Shown in pieces: positions 44,289 to 57,786 of a stretch of DNA of 64,000 nt. Location of the stretch: the NCBI RefSeq assembly GCF_022045235.1, contig NW_027266297.1, positions 3,038,001 through 3,102,000 on the forward strand, in the 5' to 3' direction. How positions within the stretch are numbered: the stretch's first letter is position 1; the number at the start of each line of letters is the position of its first letter. This DNA is from Haliotis cracherodii (Eukaryota). A model generated the notes under the pieces. The model was given only the letters and a program-made list of their open reading frames with translations. It was not told where the DNA came from and did not search any database. A program made the translations under genes and the position numbers.

Positions 44289-47200
44289 GTTGAACTCCAG
44301 TACAGACACAGCTGTGACCTGTGAGTGCCCCCAAGTCTGCAGCACCAGTTGCATCAACTTCCGGCAGACATTTAATCTGGAGTAAAAAAATCAACAAACT
44401 TTGAAATTGTGATATTTGGACAATCCTGCACTTCATATTCCAGGTCCTTCCGCTTGAAATGCCACTTGTAATCTTACCTCTCTTGAAAGCAAGTAAGTCT
44501 TTTACTTATGAAGGATACTGTACATGGAGGATAAAAAATGAACCAGCTGAGTTTTAATTTTCCTGATGCAGCTGTCTGTAATTATATCCTCCACAACTGC
44601 CAAGCTACCCATTAACCCATATTTCTTCATCAACTCAATCCTGACCAAATGCACTTTCACTCAAGCTTCAGTGCTGTTCAAAATCTAATAACTGATCCTC
44701 AAAACACGTTGACTTTATCACCATTCATAATCACAAATAATGGCACAAAAACTGAAAGACATTATAAACTTCAAATATTAAAAACATAATTGGGATAGGA
44801 TGTGTTTAGATAACAGCGAAGTAGTTCACTTCAACAACAACAACTTGAACTACATCCACACACTCAAAAGTCCAAAACTAGGAGAGCACGTCTCCACGTG
44901 AGGCGCTTACGGGAGGGGGGGGGGGGGGGGGGGGGGGGGGTATATGTGATGCAGGGAACAGCTGAAGTGTGATACATGGCAACTGCTGATGCTGGAAACA
45001 TTATAATGACCATCTGGACCCTACCCTCAAAACACAGCGTAGGAAGTACGACCCCAACCCCCATCCTGCTTGATCCCACCCCCGACAACACACGGCACCA
45101 CAGCTGTTCATTGAACATGTTATCCGAGATGAGAGTCCATGTCAGCCCACTTCATCCTAGTGCTCAGTGTGTGATGGAATCAGTAGGGTATTGAAGGTGT
45201 TCTATCAATAGAACCAAGCTGTCAATACGAACACTCGAAATATCTACATCAATATTTTGGCCATGCTTATCTTGAACAATCTTTTCAAGTAAACCTGAAA
45301 TGTCTTTTTTTAGCTAAGTCTATAAGATAAAATACTATACGCTCCCGAACCAGACTTTACAAATGTATCAATATTTTCTTTAACATTAATCCCTTTCTTT
45401 AAATTTTTTTATAACAAATTAAATAGAGATCCTTATACCAGCATGTTTGTCATATTGATTTTACAAAACAAGCATCAGAATCCTTGTATTTTACGAGAGA
45501 GTAATACACAAATTCTTACACGAGTTTCATAAAATCCGAGTGACACACATTAGAGTGTAATAATTTCCTTCTTGCCCATTATTTCTTAATCCTTTTCAAC
45601 GCCCATTCAAAAATTTACTGATCATTACCGCAATTTTAGAAAACCACAATTGTCGATTGACGCCAGCCCTAGTGTGACGTCATTCAGGCCTTACGTCACA
45701 ACATCATTAGAACGCTGTCAACTATGCCGTCCAGATGGCGCCAACAATACACTGGTGGGTGTCAAGTGATTTTCGCACAAGAGCACATACAATTTTTATA
45801 AAAATAATTCTGACCGTATGGGTAATAAGTTTGATTAAGCTATATAAACAAATACATTAATATTATAGTCATTAACTTATTACCACTAAATACAGAAAAA
45901 TGTTTTCAATAAACAGCCCTGCATATATGTAATTTCAAATTGAAATTATAGTATTTTCTTGACATATAACTATAATAACTATTTTCTTGACATATAACTA
46001 TAATAACTATACTATAATAACTATAACTCATAAATATGAAATAAATGACAACATATTCCATCAATATGCCCAGGATCAAATGCTATGAAATATGAAACTA
46101 GGAAATAGTAGGGCCGATTCAGTCTACTTCTTGATTCACAAACTGATTCAGCCACGATGCAAAACACAAAACACAAACAACCATATCACAGCTCAGAACT
46201 GACCAGCTGCCAATTTCAAACACCCCTCCCACGAATTTAAAAAAAAATATTATTATTTAATGCCAGCATCCTCCCTTACAAAAAAAAAAGGCCAGAAAAG
46301 ATGCATCCGAGACCGCCTTAATCATTCCCCGCAAGGCACATTTTTACCTTCTCCACAGGGTCTTAAGGAAGTCTCTAGATATTCCCGGCAAATGTCTCCA
46401 CACCATCTCGGCAAACTACTCCAACTTGCAGCTTGCTGAGAAGTATCCAAGACTTCCTCACAGTACCTACTGAAGTAGTCTCCGATACTTCCTCAGAATT
46501 AACCTTATATGGCTAATTAAATATGCTTTGAACCATCTCGGCAAACCCACTTAGGAAGTCCCTGATTATTCTCCACAAACGTGTGTGACATAATCAAAGA
46601 TGTTTCTAATGCATCCCCACAACACTTGCAAGGAAGTCTCCGAAGCATCTTCGCAAACCTATCAGGGGTAATTAAATATGCTTTGAACCATCCCGGGAAA
46701 CCTTCTAAGAAAGTCCCCGAATAGTCTCCACAAACTATTATTAGGTAATCAAAGATGTTTCTGAAGCATCCCAGCAAAACTTGCAAGGAAGTCTCCGAAG
46801 CATCTTCGCAAACCTATCAGGGGTAATTAAATATGCTTTGAACCATCCCGGGAAACCTTCTTAGGAAGTCCCCGAATAGTCCCCGAATAGTCTCCACAAA
46901 CTATTATTAGGTAATCAAAGATGTTTCTGAAGCATCCCAGCAAAACTTGCAAGGAAGTCTCCGAAGCATCTTTGCAAACCTATCAGGGGTAATTAAATAT
47001 GCTTTGAACCATCCCGGGAAACCTTCTGAGGAAGTCCCTGGTAAGTCCCCACAAACTTGTGTTATGCAATCAAAGATGCTTCTGAAGCATCCCCACAACA
47101 CTTGCAAGGAAGTCTCTGAAGTGTCTTCACAAACCTGTCATGGGTAATTTAACATGCTTTAAACCATCCCGGCAAAGTTCTAAGGAAGTCTCCATAACAA

Positions 47201-47587
47201 AGATGTTTCAGAGACATTTTACCTTTCCATCATTTTCAGTAATACAAAAGATGTGCTTACATCATAATCTAGTCTTTCAACAGCATCCCAGAAGTGTCTG
47301 TGAAACATCCTTGCCAAACCTGTACTGTCAAAAATGAGATAACGAAGTTGTATAGTATTCTCTTTATTTGGAGTAATAACAGCAATAACCAGTAGCCAGA
47401 GGCGGACATCATCAACAGAAGATATCATTATATGGTAGCCATCATATGAAAGTGGAAGTCATCATATGAAAGTGGAAGTCATCATATGAAAGTGGAAGTC
47501 ATCCTCGTCCTGGCAGGGGTCGTCATGGAAGCTGTCCTTCAAGAGGCTGAAATGGGATCAAATGTTATTGTATATCAGTGACATAAA

Positions 47588-47751
47588 TGAGTGAGAGAGT
47601 ATGGTTTTACGCCGCTTTTGCGCAATGTTCCAGCAATATCACGGCGGGGTACACCAGAAATGGGCTTCACACAATGTACCCATGTCGGGAATTGAACCCG
47701 GGTCTTTGGCGTGACGAACCATCTTTAACCACTAGGCTACCGGACAGCCCC
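47588..47751 (-). mobile_element. tRNA-SINE family B nested in the transposon
   Basis: Family match; TSD atcagtg(a/c)cataaa. Confidence 0.85.
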
Positions 47752-47792
47752 AATCAGTGCCATAAACTAATTACTTTATGTCAGACGTCATG

Positions 47793-47960
47793 GAGTGAGT
47801 GAGTGAGTATGGTTTTACGCAGCTTTTAGCAATATTCCAGCAATATCATGGCGGGGGACACCAGATGTGAGCTTCACACATTGTACCCATGTCGGGAATC
47901 GAACCCGGGTCTTCGGCGTGACGAGCGAACGCTTTAACCACTAAGCTACCCGACCGCCCC
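47793..47960 (-). mobile_element. tRNA-SINE family B, near-intact, tRNA-Asp-like head
   Basis: A/B boxes, GTC at the anticodon-like position, TSD cagacgtca(t/a)ggag. Confidence 0.88.
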
Positions 47961-48075
47961 CAGACGTCAAGGAGACTCATTAAAAACTATTACAAAAATT
48001 ACTTTTTGGGGGCTACAAAATTACTGATGTTATGGTCAAAGAAACAAACCATGGCTCATTCACTTGAAGGCATTC

Positions 48076-49746
48076 CTAAGCGTGCAGATCTTCTTGCTCA
48101 CCACAAAGTTCCAGTTGTTTTTTCTTTGCCGGTTTCAGAACTGATGAAAAAAATAACATGTTACACTGGATGATAAATCAAAGCTTCATAATTCATGATA
48201 CAGTAAAAATAAATTGCAAACAAGATAAGAGCATTAAAATTGCACTCAGGTGAAATGGTTCCAGTCCAAATGTATGATGACTTGAAAGTTACAAAACTTA
48301 CCACTTGTACCAAAACTAGATTTTAAATGATGTCAATTAGTTAACATCTTGTGATTAGATATTAACTTAATATTGATATGTCCATGTAAGTTGACCAAAG
48401 CATTACACATTCAAATGTCATTGTGTTCTAGAAAAATGTAAAAAATGGTTTTGACATTTACAAGTACTCATATTGGCTCAAAAGTTAAACACAGGAAGGA
48501 TATTTAGATTGTAAAACCTATTGATTCCTCACTATGATTCTGATATTAAATTATAAAAATTAAACCTTTAGTTTCATAACTTATTTAGTTACAGTTCCAT
48601 TAACCTGAAATGAAATTTACCTGACACTTAACAAAGATACTGACCTTCGCGTACCACATCGGTGTCGGTAGCATGCTAAAAACACCAAGTTGCTGGCCAC
48701 CAGGCAGCAACTGGCTTCTTTTCCTTGATCCCTTCTCATGAAACAGGCACATCAGCAGGAGTTCACGTCTTCCTATGAAGTATCGTTCCTTTTTTGTCTT
48801 CAAAAATCACCACAAGGAAGGGGGCTGTAAAATCAAGTTGCATTCATTAATAACCTAAAACTAAAAGACGGGTATTGTTGGTCACAAAACAAAGTTCACA
48901 CAGGCAACTTTGCCAAAATTTCAACAACCTGGTGCCAGTCCAAAACGTAATTCAGGATCTATACCGCGATGGCGATGGAGCATGTCGACGGGGAAAACGA
49001 TAAGTCCACAACATTTACTGGGAACATATATCTATTTCAAACAAACGTTACAAAACATGAGTTTCCCTTACTTACGAGTTCTTAAAAAAATATCAACCAA
49101 CATCCTCGTTATAAAACAGCAGGTTACAAAATGGCGGCCATTTCCGTACTAATTACCATACAACAATGGACATTTGTTTGTAAAAAAAACTAAGTTTTAA
49201 TTTCAAATACAACTTAAGATAAATAGAGTTTAACATAATACAAATATATAATTTGTTTTCTATTAATTCAATAATTTTATAAACTTATAACTACAGTCTG
49301 CGATCATATTTCACATTTCAGTGACCAGATACATAATTTGTTTTGAAGAAATACTTTTTTATCTCAGTCCCACATCGGTGCTCTCCGTATAAATTACGGA
49401 GAACCACGATGTGATCGAAACATAAAATCTGAAAGGCCTGCGCAATATTACAAAATTACATCTGCGCCTATTATTTTTCATAAATAGTCCCAAATTAGAT
49501 CAGTTTGAGGTTCCAAATTAGAACATAAATTTACGATTTATAAATTGAGCTTGAAAAAAGATTTCTCTTTCAGCGAATGCTAAAACTAAGTTCAATATCT
49601 AAGTGAGAATTGGTTTGGATCGGGGGTCGTTTCGGTGGATTATTTAACATAATTGTTATGGAGACAATATAGAGGGCTATATTTTAAAAATACATTTATG
49701 TAACACAAACAGATCTAAAGTGTACCTACCGTTTGTTCAGGAACAT
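48076..49746 (-). pseudogene. Decayed spliced cargo gene inside the transposon
   Basis: Phase-consistent GT-AG exons 49746-49730, 49017-48929, 48824-48645 and 48140 onward; three in-frame stops in the third exon. Confidence 0.5.
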
Positions 49747-52700
49747 ACGTTGTCATCCTTGCTGAACTCAGAGTCGGCGTAGATTCTATCTCGATGAAGG
49801 TTTGGTGACTTTCTTTTTCAGTTTTTGCTTCTCTTTCAAATTATTATTTTTTATCGATAGATTAAAATATTATTCACTAGATCTATTTCCCGCAATGTTA
49901 TTGAAAATAGAATTCTCCGACACACACTTTGACAATGGGTCCACATCGAACAAGTCAAAGAGCAAAATGAAAACGTGTCAATCAAATCTTTAGATTATAT
50001 TTTACAAAGTAATAAATGAAATCAACAAAATTATTTATCTGTCTAAAAGTTGTCAAACTTAGATATAAGTTATCATTTCCATCTTTTCGTGCGATCGCGT
50101 GTGATGCGAGTCAAATGGCATCGCGGCTTTTAATAGTTTTATCGCCTCGATTTCTCCACAATGTTTAATGCCAAATATATGCAAGAAAAATCTTTGTCTC
50201 AGCTCGTAACCTGGCACGATACATCCACGAAGTTTCATATTTTTAAAATAGATCGCGATTTCCTGCTTAAAACGTTCAGAACAACACGATTTAACAAAAA
50301 CCTTTCGTCGAAGTCTGATATACACGAGTGCCGTTGCTGTAATTGGTTGTATAAGGTCACGTGCTCAATTTGACCAATCACGAATCTTATAGCAGATTTC
50401 GGCAAGAAAGCGTCACCAGAAACCAATAAAATAGCATGTTATAGTAATGTAAATACTCAAGGCGAGTTGACTATCGTGTAGATGACAAAATAAACGTTGA
50501 AGATAATGGTGTGTCACATGGTACGTGTTATTCATGTGAAGCTTCGAAAACGGAGATATTTCTTCATGCTACAGATCGGACAGCCACTGTCATCGGGAAA
50601 ATGATGACAGATATTATTAATAATTCTTTTGAAAATAATTTTCCGATTAGAGTCTATATCTACGTATACAATAAATATGAAAAACAACAACAACAATAAA
50701 TAGGTAGATCCACGGACGTATATATACGTCTTTGGTAGATCTAAGTTCTGAAAATCGTCAAATTGTTGTTTCCCCTGTCCTTATTCTGGACGTTATGAAT
50801 GTGTTAGCTTGGATTATTTTTATTTACAACACACTTAATTTAGTTGTAAATGCATCATTTAAATAATGTGATAAACATAACTTTCATTGGTGGGGGGTGG
50901 TGGGGTGAAGAGGGACCACACCCAATGGACACAGAACAGCTACAATTAAAATATACCAGTTGTGAACAGAAGCTCATAAATCCTGAGACTATTATAACTG
51001 GTATTGCAGTACTTACTAAGGTGCAAAGACAATGAGTAACTTAAGTGATGTGTTTGAATTTTCTGATTGATCATTCATTCTAAGTATAATTTAACTTGAA
51101 TAAACACTTTGACAGTCACTTGACTTGTATTTGAATTATGATTATAACCATTAAAACAGCCAATCATGTATTTCCTGGCACCCCTAAAAATGTAATGGCA
51201 CTCTTAATTTGGCATAATTGTGCCCATTGGCAAACTTGAAATAAATTTAATTTCGATCCCTGTTATGTATATCTTGAGCCACAAATCAGCCACTATGTCT
51301 ACAAGTAATATTACTTTATGTTGCCTTTTCTTATATACCTTTTTCTGAGGAGACTGTTATATGGAACACGGACACTGTTACTTTCTGATTGGAATTTATG
51401 AATATATTGTACATTTCTTTCTTTTTTTCTGATTATTGCATACTGATAATTCCTGCATTTGTTTTAACTGTATTTAATAGAAATATACCTCGGAGCATTA
51501 ATTGTGTTGGGTATTTAATTATTAATGTCCTTGCTGACATATATAGGATTTCTAATTCATTGCATGTGAATGTTTTAGATAAAGAGCTTTAGTATTATCC
51601 TTAAAGAAAAATCAAAATAAATAATAATGATCATGTCATCTCTTCCAAGCAAGGGGCCTAGTTTTCCGAGATCTTGACTAAAGCTCAATGTATTGATCTG
51701 TATCAATTGAAAGGAAGTCTTTGAAAGATATATACTTACAATATAGTTTTGGCTAGTGAGGATGTATTCACATCATCATTGCAAACCGGTTATCAAGTTG
51801 CCTTGTGAGGAAGTCTCTGAATAGTCTTTGCAAAGTTCTTTCGAAGATTTCCACAAGCAAAGAAGACTCCACAGTATCTTTTCAATTTTGTTTATTTGTA
51901 AAGAAGTCTCCGAAAAGTCCCCACAAATGTTTTTGTGGGGTCTTCGTTAGTGAGAATGCACTCAATACATCCTTGCAAACAGTCAGCTATTTTATTGCCT
52001 TATGAGGAAGTCTCCGAATAGTCCTCACAAAGTCTTTATGGGGTCTTCGCTAGCGAGGATGCACTGATACATCTTTGCAAACCTTCAGCTACTTTATGGC
52101 CCTTCTGAGGAAGTCTCCGAATAGTCTTTGCAAAGTTGTTTTGAAGGTCTTCGCTAGCGAAGACGTATCGGAGACATCTTAAGAGATCTCCTAAGACATC
52201 CCCTGCTAGTGGAGATGCACTAGAAACGTCATCAGTAGGTTAATGCCTTTGTGGGGAAGCACTTGATTATTCCCCAGAATAGTCTTCGATGGGTCTCCGC
52301 AAAGTCTCGGCTAGCCGAGACCATAAAAATTGGCTAAAATCCCACAAAAGATGCATCGGGACGGTCTCGGGGCGGTCTCGGGTACATCTTTTCTGGGTTT
52401 TTTTTTTGTAAGGGCTGTTATCTACATGAAATATCAATTACTCATCAGGTACTTGTAGTTTTTGTTTTTCAAACCTCAGTTGAAGGAGCATTTAAAATAA
52501 AAAAGAGTAACATTTAATGAAACACAAATAACTTCAATCAAAAGCACAAAATTTAGGTCATATTATAGTTGTGTGTAAAATATTTAAATATTCATAGAGT
52601 CATCTGCAAAATAACCCCCCAAACCCAACTTGAACTGAATTTTATGTTGTGACGTTCAGCAAGCTAACGATACACATATGCAGAGTACCTAGCCTTAAGT

Positions 52701-53727
52701 TACTTATAAAATTAGTTTTGAAAGAAAGAAGCCAATACATTTAACTTGAAAAACAGCCCCAGTGAGATGGGAGATTCAGTCTGTGGAAGATCTAGACTTG
52801 CTTCATTTAGGGTTGTAGCATTACAGTAAGGGCGAGCGGAAGGGAAAACAATATGGTTCAGGGACTGTGAGACAGGCTACATAGGCCATGAGCACATCCT
52901 GTTTCAGGAATAAGATTCTCCTACATGGGCAGGCAGACTGACTGAATGAGCAACTGGTCACAACAGGAAACCGGGATATGGGACTTCTGACTGTCAGTTA
53001 ATCATAATAAAGCCCACTGTTAGGAAACACAAAATCCTTAAGAGCTGACTGAAATCTTTGTAATGACTGCACTGGAAATAACGTGATTACGTCAAACTTA
53101 CGTAAAGATTGTAGCATCAGTTTTGATATACCTAGTTAAATACATTGAGTGATTGTTCATATTAGACAAAGATATTAGAGACTGGAAAATTATGAATTTT
53201 ACCATTATTATAGACTTACTTCATGTGTATATAAAATCTACCTATCACTAAAACAAACCTATTTACAAATTAAAATAACTTAGGGCCAGGATCATTTAAT
53301 TTTATAGATTTAAAGGTAAATCAAGGTTATTCTGATAAATATAAATTAAACTCTAAGGTATTCATGTCCCTATATGTGAAAAATATTTTTGGAATAAATA
53401 TTTCTTTTATTCTTATCAAGGAAAATAGTCTTAAATCAGTGCAATGAAAACTTCGGAAGACTTCTGTGCTTCCAATTCCACACAGAGATTGTCAGGAGAC
53501 AATCCCATCCGTAACAACCCCTCGTACAGTGAGACCTTATTGGACTGGACACCCTTCTTAATATGGAGTGCTGAACACAATATGTAATTAAGGAGTCATC
53601 ACATCAAACCCTGATTCCTGACAATTAGAACGTGTGTTCGATTATCAAGATATGAGTGACCTGAGTCAACCAGGGTTACCACATTTCTAGCAACCTTGGT
53701 TGACTAGATTCAACCTGGGTTCACCAA

Positions 53728-53890
53728 GGGGCTGTAGGGTAGCTAAGTGGTTAAAGCGTTCACTCATCATGCTGAAAACCGGGTTCAATTACCCACATGG
53801 GTACATCGTGTGACACCAATTTTTGGTGTCTCCTGCTGTGATACTGCTGAAATATTGCTAAAAGCAGTGTAAAACCATACTCACTTACTA
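53728..53890 (+). mobile_element. tRNA-SINE family B, diverged
   Basis: Family match. Confidence 0.75.
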
Positions 53891-54025
53891 ACCATAGATA
53901 GTCAAGGATAGCTTATGGCAGTACTGGAAATAAAACACATACTATGCAAGCTTAAGAGTAGCGAGTTGTGACAAATGACACATGACTTGCTTATCCATGA
54001 ATATCATTATCCAGACAATTTGAGA

Positions 54026-54236
54026 GGTTAGAACATGTCTTCAGCAACTTATGTTTGTCATTAGAGGCGACTAATGGGATCAGGTGGTCAGGCTCGCTGA
54101 CTTGGTTGATGTCATCGTATCCCAAATGCGTGGATTGATGCTTATGATGTCATTGACTGGATTGTCTGGTCCAGACTCGATTATTTACAGACAGCCGTCA
54201 TTTTGCTAGATGATTGGTGTGTGCTCTGTTAAACAA
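54026..54236 (+). mobile_element. SINE-like family A copy
   Basis: Family match. Confidence 0.75.
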
Positions 54237-54248
54237 GTCTGGCAGTAA

Positions 54249-54527
54249 GGGACCGGTCATTTATTATAGGTGGGGTGGGTCAGGGGGATTCAGGGGAGGT
54301 CCACTAATAAATAAGACAACACTACGGAAGGGTAAAAAAAATATACATATATTTGGGGAGCATCATGAAAAAAATAGACATGTTTTAATGAATTATAAAG
54401 TGCTTTTCCAATTTGTTTTTTCAGGGAGGGTTATGAAAAATGTACAAGGATATGAGGAAGGTCATTTTCATTATTTTCAATACATTTGTGCATAAAAACA
54501 CCATGCATGTCATAAATGACCGATCCC
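54249..54527. mobile_element. PIF/Harbinger-type MITE
   Basis: TIR gggaccggtcattta / taaatgaccgatccc, TAA TSD on both sides. Confidence 0.8.
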
Positions 54528-54775
54528 TAAGGTTTAGAGAGAAAAACAAATATGACACATATGTCATTTTAATGTGACATTGGTTGATACTTGATCAAAG
54601 CTTCATCAGTTTCTTTGGAAGATAATGTTTCATCTGATAACAAGAGTATACAATTTGATACATACTTCCTCACACATTTCACAGAGCAGATGATTAGCGT
54701 TCCGGCAACTTCCTACAACTTGAACCAATAGTAATCCAGCACCCGTTGACAGACAAATACTCAACACAGATGAAT

Positions 54776-56065
54776 AAAACATGTTTTTGTAGCTGTCAAG
54801 CAGCCATAACATCCGTGTCAGTCATTGACAGTAAAATGTGTGTAACTAGGAGGCCATCTCAAAACATGTTTTTGTAGCTGACAAGCAGCCATAACATCCG
54901 TGTCAGTCATTGACAGTAAAATGTGTGTAACTAGGGGGCCATCTCAAAACATGTTCTTGTAGGTGACAAGCAGCCATAACATCCGTGTCAGTCATTGACA
55001 GTAAAATGTGTGTAACTAGGGGGCCATCTCAAAACATGTTCTTGTAGGTGACAAGCAGCCATAACATCCGTGTCAGTCATTGACAGTAAAATGTGTGTAA
55101 CTAGGGGGCCATCTCAAAACATGTTCTTGTAGGTCACAAGCAGCCATAACATCCGTGTCAGTCATTGACAGTAAAATGTGTGTAACTAGGGGGCCATCTC
55201 AAAACATGTTTTTGTAGCTGACAAGCAGCCATAACATCCGTGTCAGTCATTGACAGTAAAATGTGTGTAACTAGGGGGCCATCTCAAAACATGTTCTTGT
55301 AGGTCACAAGCAGCCATAACATCCGTGTCAGTCATTGACAGTAAAATGTGTGTAACTAGGGGGCCATCTCAAAACATGTTCTTGTAGGTGACAAGCAGCC
55401 ATAACATCCGTGTCAGTCATTGACAGTAAAATGTGTGTAACTAGGGGGCCATCTCAAAACATGTTCTTGTAGGTGACAAGCAGCCATAACATCCGTGTCA
55501 GTCATTGACAGTAAAATGTGTGTAACTAGGGGGCCATCTCAAAACATGTTCTTGTAGGTGACAAGCAGCCATAACATCCGTGTCAGTCATTGACAGTAAA
55601 ATGTGTGTAACTAGGGGGCCATCTCAAAACATGTTCTTGTAGGTGACAAGCAGCCATAACATCCGTGTCAGTCATTGACAGTAAAATGTGTGTAACTAGG
55701 GGGCCATCTCAAAACATGTTCTTGTAGGTGACAAGCAGCAAAAACATCCGTGTCAGTCATTGACAGTACAATGTGTGTAACTAGGGGGGCCATCTCAAAA
55801 CATGGTCTTGTAGGTGACAAGCAGCCATAACATCCGTGTCAGTCACTGACAGTAAAATGTGTGTAACTAGGGGGCCATCTCAAAACATGTTCTTGTAGCT
55901 GACAAGCATGCAGCCATAACATCCGTGTCAGTCACTGACAGTAAAATGTGTGTAACTAGGGGGCCATCTCAAAACATGTTCTTGTAGCTGACAAGCATGC
56001 AGCCATAACATCCGTGTCAGTCATTGACAGTAAAATGTGTGTAACTAGGGGGCCATCTCAAAACA
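54776..56065. repeat. 85-bp minisatellite, about 15 near-identical copies
   Basis: Unit aaaacatgttcttgtaggtgacaagcagccataacatccgtgtcagtcattgacag...ggccatctc. Confidence 0.97.
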
Positions 56066-56494
56066 GCTGTTTCTGGTTTTAGACAGATTTATAATTGTGC
56101 ATGTCAATCATGCTACGTGTTAGTGACATTGATAACCTCAACTGGGTTTCAAACAGGTCATAATTACATCACCTAGCTTCAGAAACCATTAACACCAACT
56201 CTTCCCCCATTATCACAATAAAACATGGGTGTGAGGGACGCCTAGTACTTCCCTAGCGTCCTCGAGTGACACTGAAGACCCAGGACTGATTTCCCACATG
56301 GGTACAATATGATATTGCTGAAATATTGCTAAAAGCAGAAAAAACATACTCACTCACTCATAAAACATCAGCAACTTGGTTGGAGACAAATGCCATTAGG
56401 TCATTTTCATGATTTTGTCAATTTTTGTAGGACATTCTTCTATATCATTACCAAATATTTTGATAACTTGCAGTCACTGTCCTATAAGATGAAT

Positions 56495-56685
56495 CCTGAA
56501 ATATGCATGCATATATTTTCCTGAAACCCTGAAATATGCAAGAATAACTTTTCCTGAAACCCTGAAATAAGTAAGCATATATTTTCCTGAAACCCTGAAA
56601 TGGGCATTCATATATTTTCCCAAACCCCGAAATATGCATGAATAATTTTACTGAAACCCCAAAATATGCATGCATATTTTTTTCC
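56495..56685. repeat. About 33-bp degenerate tandem repeat
   Basis: cctgaaatatgcatgcatatattttcctgaaac, about 6 copies. Confidence 0.8.
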
Positions 56686-57148
56686 AGTCAAACATTTAAC
56701 ATTAACGATGAAAAGTATTGAAAAGGATCTAAACAGCGTCCTTTAATTCAAGGGTGAGAAGACTAGACATGACCAAGAGATGACGTAACGAGCAATAAAG
56801 ATTTGAAGCGTGCAGCACTCAGACAGGATTACATCAAACACCTTGTATTCACTGCCTCAGGGGATGACAAGCTTGTCATGACGAGACACAACCACGTAAC
56901 TCATACAAGGTTCAATGACTGCTTACGTAGGCGAACCACTCGGAGGAACGGGTAAAGGAGACTGATGGATCACAACCAGTGGATGATGATAATATGAATA
57001 CATGCAACTACTGTACAGCATCATACCTTGGTTAGCCTTTCCAAGGCTAGGTATATGTGAAAATAGCATCATTGAAGCATTCCTAATCATGATTTGGTAA
57101 TCTGGCTTCATATTACATGTTGTCTCAGAAGCTGGAAGAACATGAATA

Positions 57149-57330
57149 CATGACACTTTTTAAGGATAGCAACTTCTTTATTCCTTGTCATGTTGTTTCA
57201 GAGCTACTTCTAGCTCCTTCATCAGGTGAAAACTAAAACTCATTCGCCTGATGAAGGAGCAAATAAAATAGCTCTGAAATATCATGACAAAGAAAACAAG
57301 GAGATGCTATCAATAATAAAATGTGTCATA
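57149..57330. mobile_element. Fold-back of a Penelope-like terminus with hammerhead-like core
   Basis: Two inverted arms of about 80 bp, each reading ctgatgaaggagc...gctctgaaa. Confidence 0.6.
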
Positions 57331-57640
57331 TATTCATTACTCATGTTGTTGCTAATAGATCAGTTTGTGGATTAATATCTAGAAGAGTATCATGAAGCTG
57401 TAGTTATCATTAGAAATGTTTTGTGACCAGACGGATATATGTAGATTCCATGTAAACAAGACTTGGTTCTGTGTATACTACCAACATTTGTTTCTTTGGA
57501 GGTGCATTAATAATCACGTCAAGTTTTGGTTCCCATCGGACTAAAATTTGTTCTGGTCATACAGGAACTTCCACACACATATGTTCTACCTTGTGAAACT
57601 GTCAAGTGTCTAAAAGAGGGATTCTGTGATGGGGCTATAT

Positions 57641-57786
57641 NNNNNNNNNNNNNNNNNNNNNNNNNNNNNNNNNNNNNNNNNNNNNNNNNNNNNNNNNNNN
57701 NNNNNNNNNNNNNNNNNNNNNNNNNNNNNNNNNNNNNNNNNNNNNNNNNNNNNNNNNNNNNNNNNNNNNNNNNNNNNNNNNNNNNN
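57641..57786. other. Assembly gap
   Basis: 146 N. Confidence 1.

Larger units (their letters stand above)
46273..52414. mobile_element. 6.1-kb non-autonomous CACTA/CMC-like DNA transposon
   Basis: TIR CCCTTAC(A)n..ccagaaaagatg..ccgagaccgcc at both ends, 2-bp TSD CT, subterminal repeats at about 46500-47320 and 51780-52320. Confidence 0.82.

Noticed and set aside
47880-47960. tRNA-Asp-like gene (also tRNA-like heads at 2616, 12211, 19377)
   Set aside because: SINE heads continuing into SINE bodies with tails and TSDs, lacking a proper acceptor stem.
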